From assembly GCA_047495785.1 (NCBI GenBank), contig JBLDXI010000020.1, forward strand, positions 434,001 to 498,000: a stretch of 64,000 nt of DNA, written 5' to 3'. This DNA is from Lepidodermella squamata. Its lineage: Eukaryota; Animalia; Gastrotricha. The position numbers were made by a program, and so were the translations under genes. Shown piece by piece: positions 54,201-64,000 of this stretch (position 1 is the stretch's first letter; the number at the start of each line of letters is the position of its first letter). The notes below the pieces were generated by a model. It was not told the DNA's origin and searched no databases. It saw nothing but the letters and a program-made list of their open reading frames with translations.

Positions 54201-55706
54201 TAAAGTTCGCTGTCTTCACATACTATGAGATCAGTTTGTTTCATTCAGACAAGCTCTGATTGAGACGCATTTGAAGTAAGAACTCCTCCTAAATTTGTTT
54301 ACTTGAATTTTTTATTTATTATTTAATAACGATTAGTTGTCGGCGAAAAGCTTTAGTGCCATTTGTGGTTTCAAGTTCCAGGCGCTCTGCCCTCCTGGGT
54401 CCTCTCATCGCGCGATAAAAATATACCAAAAAAACTAAACGTTCTCAACTTTTTCATTTAAAGCCTCGGCTTTTAATTGCTTTGTTTTTCCTTTTCTTTA
54501 CATTCCTTTCTATCTCTTTATAATTGGCTATCATTCTTGAGGGGGTTGAAATTTAATTTTTATTTGCCTAGTATTACAGCGCACAGCATGTTTTCCCTGA
54601 AGCTCCTGTTTTTTTCTTCTCGTTTTTAAAATCACGCCTCGATGAGCCGCTCCGTTCATCAAAACCATTAGCCGACGGTGCCGTTGCTGCGCGGTAAAAC
54701 AAAAAAAAACATGTCATTGTGGTTTTTTCGTAATCGAAAATGACGCTGCGCCAGCCGGCGGTGTGTTGGCTTTTTTCACGGCGGCGAGCCTCGCCCTGAT
54801 CGCACTGGACCCTTGCATTTAGGCTCGTGTGTGCGCTGCTTGTGTGCGTACCTGGCGCGGCCTGGTAGGCGGGTATTCATAAAACCTGGCGGCGAGTATA
54901 TTTCCATGTTCTGCGCAAACATTCGACGTTTTTCACTCGCCGGCTTTCGCGCTCGCACTGCGACAAAGCTGGCGCGCGGCGATCAATGGCGGGCTCGGGC
55001 ACTCGATGAGTTAGAGGCAGGTAGCTGCTCACAGCCCATCATCGAAACCGCGCGGCGATTGTGTTCTTGTGTGTGTGCATGTGTGGTCGCTTTATTCATT
55101 TTTTATGTCATCGATAAAATCCACCCGTGAGCACACACACACACACACACTAGTAGTCGGTTGATGTCGGTGGCTTTACTCTGCGCAAGTATAGCCGTCG
55201 TCGATAGCGTGCTTGTCTCGCCGGTCGATGAGCGATCGATTAGCAGGCAACATCGCAGTAGCAGCGTCGAGCAGGGCCATCTCTACTACCAGTTTTTTTT
55301 ACCACCTTTGCGCACACGTTATGTGCAGCAGCATCGACCGACCGCACCGTGTTTATTACTGCGCGCGCGTGCGCTGGTATGGCCAGTAGATATGTACACA
55401 GTAGGCGACGAGTGTAGCGGCTTCTTTCGTCGTCACATTCGCATTTCGAGACTCGATAAGCGTGACGCTGCGCACCTCGCGAAAATCTATGTACTATATC
55501 AGAGCGCCGCGGCGTAATTTGTCGAATTAGATAAACAATTGTTTTGTTGTTCTAGATAGAGCTTAGCGTTTTACACATACGGTAGAGGGATGAATGAAAG
55601 CCGTGTGGATGACCGCGTCGCATCATCATCGGCTCGCCGGCTCTGATCGCAGCAGCAAGCACGAAGCCGCCTGCGCGCCGCCGATCGGCTCCGCCAAAAC
55701 CGATGA

Positions 55707-58539
55707 ATGTCCGAAAGGTCCGCCGGCGATCGCGATGAAAGTCTGGCGCGCGCCCGCTCAAGCCACAACGACGTCGTAGTGTGCGCCGGCTGCGTCGCCG
55801 ACTGGCTCACCTCAAGCCTCACCGCCAGTCGGGTCCCGCCGCCGGTGCCGCCGACCGCCTCCAGCGCCGCTGCCTCATCGCCTCCGCCTCCGCTTTCACT
55901 GCCAAAAACCGATGACGACGTCAGTAGCGACGATGCTGCCGGGTCTTCCCGTTCGCGCCTCGACTCTCCTCCTGCCAGCCACTCGGCGTGGCGCCGGCGC
56001 CGGCGGCGTCGAAAACCGGCGGCGGCAGCCTCGTCGTCAGTCGTAGCGACCTTTTTCTGCACTCTCTCAGTCTTTCTGTCTCTCGTGTCTGCCGGCACCA
56101 GTCCGCCGCCGTCGGCGGCCCGTCGCAACACCCGAATAGCGAGTGGGGATGGCGGCTCGTCTCGCCGCGGCCGGGAGGTGTCGCCGACGCTTTTCCCGCC
56201 CGAGATGCCGTCCTTCCGCAACGCCGACCTCGTCGAGGCGGGCGCACCTACTAGTGATAATAGTGAATCGAGCAATTACAAACTCAATGCTGCTGTTAAT
56301 ACTTCGAATTCGACAACCGTCTCTGTCAAAGAACCACCTGTTGTTTGGGTGCCTTATATAGGCGTCGTCGTTCTCTTCGCCGTTTTCATGGTGCTGATCG
56401 TAACATTTTGGTCTGTCCCATAATTCGCCACCGTTATCAGCCTCCTTAATTTTTTTATTTCCCAATAGGTTACACATACGTCGTTCTCGTTATCGCGCCA
56501 TTCAGCTCGTTAAAAGTTCCCCCAATTCTGAATGGAATGAGATTCAGCCCGGCCGTTGGGAGGCTTCTTACGGCGGCCACGTCTACACCGTTAACCAAAT
56601 CAATCAGACTAGGCAAGTTCGATCCACTGGGTTTATTTTATAGATGCCATGTATAAAGAGGTAGCTTCATCTTCAAAATTGGGATCATCAAAACTTTTAT
56701 TTTGGCTGTCCACCAAGTCTGACAGAGGTGCGAGATTAATTGATTTATAGCACACATTGTTTGCGAACGCGTTCTTATTCGATAAAAAAAGCAATGAATT
56801 CGGCTATGGCTCCCGCATATATGGTTCGGTGCATCGGAGCCGGGTAAAACCGGGTACTGGGAAGCCATGCTATATCGGGTGATAAATGAACCTCGCCCGT
56901 TATGGTGAACAAATTTATATTGAGCGTAAGAGCTCAACCCTGATTCTGCCGGAAACAACTGATATTTTTCAATTTTTTCTGTTGCAAAGTTTTGCTTTTA
57001 AGCATTTAATTTTTTATGCTAAATATTCTTATATTTTGTATGAATTTTGCCATTTTTTCCTATACAGTGAAGGGTAAAATTACAGAATCGAGATTGCTTT
57101 TGCCCTGAATGCTTTTGGCAGTACTAGTAATCCAGTTTAGATCACTGGATCGGGATTTTTGTACTGGCTATGTAGAGTTTTTCTGGCTATGAATATATTA
57201 CCCGTTGATTGTCTTCGTCCGAATTTATTGGAGCATGACCCGCTATAGTACAACATGCTCCATTTTTTTAGAAGATTTTCGTCAGATTTTTTGATTAGAT
57301 TATAACGAATTTTTAATTAACAGGGTGCTTGGTGCTATTGCCGCGGCCACTGTTGTAGCCATGGGCCAGGGCGTGAAGCGGGCCATTTCGGTGCAGGGCC
57401 TGGCGCAAGTCGACGAAACTTCTCAAGCGCCCGGCGACTCGTCCGTCTTCAACACCGTCGCCGAGGTTGAGGACGACGAACGCACCGGCTTGCTGATATC
57501 GCAGGCGGGCCAGTCGCCGCCGATCGCCCGCGGCGCGCCTCAGCGCTCGAGCCTCCGCAGCCAGCAGCGGCAAAGTAGCAGTGCTTCCGTAACAATTGCA
57601 TCAGGCCCGCCTCAACACGCTTCCAGAACAACCACCGCGCAAGTCGTGCCCGTATCCGACAGCATTTGGATGCTGACCGAAGAGCAGTTCATCGAGTCGA
57701 TTAAAACAGGCGCCGGCAGCCAGAAAACCACCCCGGTGCCGACGCCGACCACCGACGCGGTATCAGCAACCGGCAGCATCAAACGCTCGAGTGTCCCGCC
57801 ACCAGTGCCGCCCCGCCACTCCTACGGCACGTTCTCGCAGGGCAGCGGATCGCCGCCGACGGAAGTCGCCGCGAAACTAGCCCAGTCTGAGACGCAAAGC
57901 CGCACGTCGGGCCGCAGTGGCCACGCGCGGCTCATCTCGCAAAAATCTCTGCCTGCGTCGACCGGTGACATTGCGCTCGAAACGTTGTCGAATTCGAGCG
58001 CCTACTCGCCGCACGGCAGTTTGAACACGCGCTTCCACGGCGACGCCGACGCCCTGCTCGAGTCCGAAGACGTGTGCGGCGATCTGCCGGGCGGCAGCGG
58101 CCAGGCCGGCGGTGCTTGGAACAACGAGTCGTTCGGCAGCGACACCGCGCCGGAAGAGTTCGCGGCCTCTTACATCCCGCTAACAGTCCAGCACCCGCTG
58201 TCTCTCGACGAAATGACGCTGCCTGAGCCTGAGCCGTGGACGCCGAACGCCGGGACGGTGTATACGTCCCCGGTGGCTCGCAACCAGATGGCGAACCGCA
58301 TGCCACTGCAACGCTCGGCGACGCAGTCAGCGTCGAGCGGCGGCGGGCAGGGCACGGGCACAAGCGGCGGGTCGATGGGCGGTGGCATCAACATTTTGCA
58401 GGGCCGGCGCATCTCGGCGGTTCGCGGTTCGGTGCGCGGGCGGGGCCGTGGCGCGGCGGGTCGTGGCCAACTCAGCGCTATGATCGCTTATTCGAACATG
58501 TCGAAGAAGAAGGGCGGCTTTATTATTCCTCGCGGCTAA
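55707..58539 (+). CDS. Orphan single-pass membrane protein with long disordered cytoplasmic tail (3 exons)
   Basis: GC-rich coding-like exons 55707-56410, about 56469-56612 and 57324-58539 join in phase; hydrophobic segments FFCTLSVFLSLVSAG and WVPYIGVVVLFAVFMVLIVTFW. Confidence 0.7.
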
Positions 58540-59670
58540 CTCACATCATCTACTTCACTTTATTATCCGTGGGCTGAATGCTACTTCATTTTTTGTGGAT
58601 CGCTGGGTTTTATATCGTCCTGGCGGTGGCAAAACTTCAAATGTGATTTTATAGAGAGTTCTATACCTTGGCGAAACTAAGAGACAAATAGAGTTGCTTT
58701 GAATGTAAAACTACTCGGAATCGACGTATACCTTTGTCTGTTCTGATGATTGCAATTTTTATTCATGTAGCTGCTACTGTTCAGTTATGTGCTCATGGTT
58801 TGTTGTTCAATATTATAGGTTCAGATTTTCGATCTTACGAATAAGCCATCGTTCTATTTAACAGCTTCTCTTCCACTGCAAGATGAATTTTAGCGAATTA
58901 TGATTAGAATTTTAGGAATCGAGAAATGTAGCGATTTTTTTCGCCAATTATGAGAGTTGATTTATTCTGCCCGATTCGATTTTTGAGTAGTAGTCTGACC
59001 AATTTCCACCTTCTCAAATTAATAGTTCGATTCATGTTTGATGGATTTTTTGTTGATTTTATCGTGCTTCTTGATTGTTGGAAAAATGTACACCGCGGAT
59101 GTGCGGTCATAGAACATGACATAATTTTGTGGTTGCATTTCAATGTTTCATGTTTATGAGGTGAACCATTTTCAACTTGTTTGCTGTTTGCTATACGAAG
59201 AGAGGTGAGATACTTGCATAGCCTACGCTGTATAGCTTCGGAAGCGCCTTGTTGCATAAGGCAACAGAAGTGAACGCTATTTTTTGAACTCTAAAAATGA
59301 TATGAACGTTTTATTGAAATCATTGCTTGATAAATGCTTGTTATATATTTCTGTTAAATTAAATCAATTGATTGTTATTTTACTATTAATATTACTATTA
59401 TTATTATTATATGCTAAAACGATGAGAGAATTGCAAAGAAAAGAGAAACTACCCAATAAAAATTTGCAGACTACGATAATAATTCGCTATTGTGTCTTCA
59501 AACGGACGGTTCGAATCGACTTTTTACAGGATTCGGTTTGTAATCTCGACAGCGAGTGTCGTCTTTTTAGCAGCAGTAAATCACAACTGGAACTCTATCT
59601 CGCGTGTTTTCCAGCTTTTGAGCACGATAAAAAAGCTATAAATAAGTTATAAGCATTCCTCTCGCGTGTG

Positions 59671-62600
59671 TCAAGTAGCAGCTGATAGCCGCCTCAGTTT
59701 TGCCGCTTCTGTTTCTGCTTTTGGTTCCGGCAGTTTGACATTCGCTAAACCGAGCTTGTACTTGAATTGCAGTTCCTGGCCCCAAGCGTGAAGCGTCGGC
59801 GGCGATCGATGCGGTAAGTAGGTCAACATCGACATCGGTGCTCTGCCACATTTAATAATAATTTAATAATTTGACCTCGATTTTTAAGAAGGCAATAAAA
59901 TTACCTAGGGATCGATATAGTCACATTTTCCAGCAATTTCGTCACATCCATCGCATTGAAAACATCGAAGGCATGCATCAGCTTAGCCGCTCGACTTCTC
60001 ATCGTCAGTTCTTCGTCTCCAATAGCGTAAAGCACGCCGCAAATCATGAAACCGGTGCCATATTCTCGGGGTAGATGTATGTGGCGCCTGTTTCAAAAAC
60101 AGGTTAAATGTTAAATTCGACTCAGAAATATTGATCAAGTATATATTAAAAAACAAAAATAGAAGGGAAAATCGCGTACGGAAGTTGGAAATTGAACATC
60201 TTTTCGCTGACAGTAGCGTTTAAAAGAAGCTATGACGATATAGCTCGGTGATAATGCCAAAATAAAGTGCTGTAGCCTTCAAAACTTGGTAATAAGTATC
60301 CTCCTTAAACTCATTTGCTCCGAACAAAACTTATTCAGCTATTATCCCTATAAAATGTTTTGAATAATCTCATTTATCACTAGAGGTAAATCAGTTATTC
60401 CAGTTCATTAGGAATCTTCTTGCAAATTTAGCTAGATTAGCATTTTCAGGGATGCGTTGTATGGATGTGCGCAAAACCCACCTGAAAATGGTGTCAAGAG
60501 AAAATGGGTCGAGTTGGTGCACGACCAGAATTGATGCGTTGTGTCGATGCAGGTACATTGCCCAAAGTCCATTTTCGTCTGCAGCTAGTTTGATGAAGCC
60601 ACGAAGCCACCGATCAGCAGAAACGCCCACCAATTCGGCAGTTGTCGAGTCTTCGCTCGGAATGAGCGCCGGCTGGAGAGGTTCGAACATTGCGTCGGAA
60701 AAGTCTCGGGACACGCGTATCTCACCGGTGACGAAGCTGAACGCGACGATTGTGGCTGTGTTGACGCGATTGTAGATCAGCTCACCAGCGTAGACGATGT
60801 GGCCCGAACCGAAATAGCTGTTGCGTTGCAACAGGTTGTGCTCGCGAATCGGTCGAGACATGCGCGTGAAGTGTCCGAAGCTCTCATACTCGAAAACTTT
60901 GTGACCTGAAATAGGAAATTAATGAATATTTGATCGATGCTTTCAAACGATCAGCAAAACACTGTCAATTCAACAGCAATCAGCCATATCCTAATTTCTC
61001 AGCTGTGAATCTAAAACACATAAACCTTCTGATTCCTTAATTAACTCATGCTAATTTATGAATAATGACAAAACTCGTACCAAATGGGCCTTTCGTTTCC
61101 CAGACAGTTTCATCGCTTGGTCGTGCCGAGTCCATCATGTAAGCTCCGAAATTCGACTGAAGGCCTGCAACTGATGTTGGGGGCACAATTTGAAGTGATC
61201 TTTCACGTTGAGGTATTCCGATTTGCGCCAGGCGTAGAACACATTCTATTGTCAAGATTTCGATAAAAAGCACCGTTAAGGCGACGCCTAAAACTCACTG
61301 CTGGCAGATTCCTCCGGCGGTAAGTAAGATAAAGTTGGCAAGTCTGGCGAGGGTGGTAGCGTGGTTGTTGGATCTGTTGAAGATGGCGTAAAGGCCGTAG
61401 TGGTAGTCGTTGTCTCCGGCTCCACGGTTGTAGTCGTCGTTGTCGTTGTGCTTGTCGTTGAAGTTGAAGTTGAGCTAGAGCTTGTGCTACCTGGAGCAGT
61501 GGTTATCTTTACAGCCGGTATGAGGGTGCTGATAGCACCAGGTTGAGACGTTGAAGTTGACGCCCTGTCCTCTTCCTCAGCGGAATCTCCTGACCCTAAC
61601 GTCGTTGAGGACGAAACGCTTGGCGTGACAGTGGACACGCTTTGACCATCTTCAATGTTCGAGAAAAAACAATAAAACACATCCGAACTCTGTATTCAAT
61701 TTTATTGTTTTTAGTAAATTTAGCAAACATTGATTCCGTCACACAACAAATGAATGAAACGGAGTTAACATACAGGTTCAGGCGGTTAGAAACATATTCC
61801 CAAACTCAATGAAATAAAATGTAAAACTTTATCAAACACAAGCGTCAAGACAGGAGAATCAACGCTATTTACATTCAAAAAACGTTCGAAATTTTTCAGT
61901 GCTGTTTCTCCTCATGCATTGTTAGTTTCCATCGCCAAATGATACTGTATTCGATGATGAGTAGAAAAATTGTTATATTTTGGCACAACCTTGGTTATTG
62001 TCAGAGATTTATATCAAAGCTAAATTTTTTCAGTTTCGTCATCCAATAGCAAAAAGTTGTTTGAAAGCCAAGCCTTGCTGCTGTTACTCAATAACAAGGC
62101 TGGGGGCAAATGTTTTGAGCGCGCAAGCCGAAAAGGTTGCCGGTGGTCGAAAGGCTTGCCGATGACAAAGTCGTCGTCGCCAAGAGGCGAGTACGCGTCG
62201 CCATCGCTGTAGTCGTCTTCAGGTACGTTTGTAGTTGTTGTCATCAAAGCCGCGGCATTAGTCTTCGGCGCCAGTGTCGGAGCTGTTATAAGCATCTCAG
62301 CGTCCGGAACAGGCCGAACAAATACTGAGTTGACGATAGCGTCGTCGGCCTGGAGCGGCTCTTCGGTCGGCGCAGGTTTGCGCGGCGCCGACAAGGCCGC
62401 AGTGCCAGTGTGCAGGGCGCCGATGGCCGGGCGCTGCTCTTCGATTTTTCGCGACGAAAATGGCAGCGATTCGATAACTGCAGGAGGTCTATTGCCGTAG
62501 TTGCTTGGTGGTGCTGGTTGGCTGACGAAATTCGCCTGTGTCCGAGTTAGCGTTTGGCTAGCCGGCGACGGCGGCGGCGCCCTGAAATCTGCGGCTGCCA

Positions 62601-63492
62601 CCACAAAAATCGAATCGCATTTTTAGTATGAAAATAGCATAAAGAACCAATATTTGCAAAAGCGCGTAAAAAGGAAGACGGCGAAAATACTCGCTGTTAT
62701 TATTGCGAAGATAAGCGTATAAGCACGCAAGAGTTATGTTTTTACAACATCGGCTACAACACATCGTTGATAGTATTTTCCGCGCTTGTAAAACAACACA
62801 AAATATTTGGAGCTAAAATGAGCAGATATTCATAGCGGCGAATAAAGGCTATAGTCATCTCATGAGATATGCTAGCGACACAAGCAAGTAAGAGACTAGC
62901 GTCGAGCTAGCCGTGCTAGCTGTGATGCGCTGCTGTTGCTTCGCAGCCGGCGGGCGTTGGGTCGCAACTGCCACCGGCGCCTCGGTGGGTTCAGGACTCG
63001 GACTCGCTGAAACCTCGACGTCGTACGCTTCGCCTGTGGTGCTCGAGGGAAAGAAAGGTGCGTCTGACGAGACAAGGTTTAAAGGGGTGGTGGTGCTTGT
63101 GCCGAAGTAGTAGAATGTCATCTCCGTCGTCTGCTGTAGGCTGCTCTTCATGGGGGTCACCGGTTTCTCGGGTTGCCACGTCGGTTCTTCGATAATGACG
63201 CCGGTTTCGGGCGCTTCGGTTGCCTCTCCATCGTCGTTGTCGTTTTCGTCGTTGTCATTAGTTTCATCGTCGCCATCGACGTTATCCGGCGCATCCTCGG
63301 CGTTCTTGAACCAGTAGGTCGACGCCGTACCCGCAGCCCCACCGTTATTGCCGGTCGTGTAAGCCATCTTGTCTAGCTGTGCCGATTTTTTAGTGGTAAC
63401 AACAGAGGATTGTGGAAACGACAAGAACAAGGTTTTAGTGCCAACAGTTGTTGTTGCTGGCTGATAATCGCCACTTTTGCCTTGGAACAACC
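59671..63492 (-). CDS. Mucin-like S/T-rich protein with C-terminal olfactomedin domain; 5' end unresolved or outside window
   Basis: OLF motifs FGAYMMDS, FGSGHIVYAGELIYN, IKLAADENGLWAMY, GFMICGVLYA and MSMLTY...LHAW across GT-AG introns; upstream exons are Thr/Ser/Pro-rich. Confidence 0.85.
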
Positions 63493-64000
63493 CTGTCATT
63501 AGGCAATAATGAAGGTAAGACACATAAAATACCACCATTGGGAAAGGCTGAAAGTAATAATAATGCTAGTGCGCGTATTTTTCCAATTTGAAATAACCGC
63601 ATGTTTGATACTTATCCGATGAGAATAAAAAATTCAAAAATTCAATCACTTTGCAAATAACATTGAAAGCAGATATACGACGAAGCCAAAGCAATAACTA
63701 AAGTGACAATAATATGGCTATTGCAGTGAAAGCGAAAGCGAGACCGAATAGATAATAAATGGACGAATTTATTCTACGGACAAATCACAATTCATAAAAA
63801 GTTTTAGTGATTTGGAGACATGTTTGGCTCATCCTTTGGTGATATCGGATGAAAAGCGAATGAGCAGCGAAAATAAAATTGAAGAATGCAAAAAATAGCT
63901 AAGCGTAAAGATTGATTACCTATATGAATGCGAGCAACAGTACAGCTAAACTGACAATAGCAACAAACGACAGAAGTTTCATGAAGTTGGAAATCGAAGT

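Noticed and set aside
63920-63982. Signal-peptide-like mini-ORF MKLLSFVAIVSLAVLLLAFI on the minus strand before a splice donor
   Set aside because: It stops at TAG right at the donor, and a different frame is the one in phase with the next exon; cannot be resolved at the window edge.

Overview
Gene-dense window from a compact animal genome. Most introns are GT-AG and about 45-62 nt long; the taxon cannot be fixed from sequence alone, although cilia-associated genes (ENO4, LRP2BP) are present. About 17 protein genes can be reconstructed by manual splicing: GMPR, POFUT2, LRP2BP, ENO4, a Spinster MFS transporter, a secreted Kunitz-like peptide, a divergent KLF-type C2H2 factor, HUWE1, FBP1, ULK3, two small orphans, a single-KH KHDC4-like gene, PI4KB, a Bax/Bak-like Bcl-2 protein, a Krimper-like Tudor/CCCH protein, an orphan single-pass membrane protein and a mucin-olfactomedin protein. 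Three signals are invisible in the ORF track. (1) The only three oversized HUWE1 introns each carry a snoRNA: two paralogous SNORD44/U44-type C/D guides for 18S Am166 in two 171-nt introns, and a probable H/ACA RNA whose 5' pocket matches the 18S site equivalent to yeast Psi211. (2) Four tandem gene junctions share the layout poly(A) hexamer, 33-61 nt, splice acceptor, ATG, suggesting operons resolved by trans-splicing. (3) The KHDC4-like gene has no usable in-frame AUG upstream of its KH domain. A small MITE/SINE cluster lies at about 13.0-13.8 kb. Gene identities come from recalled motifs, not database searches.
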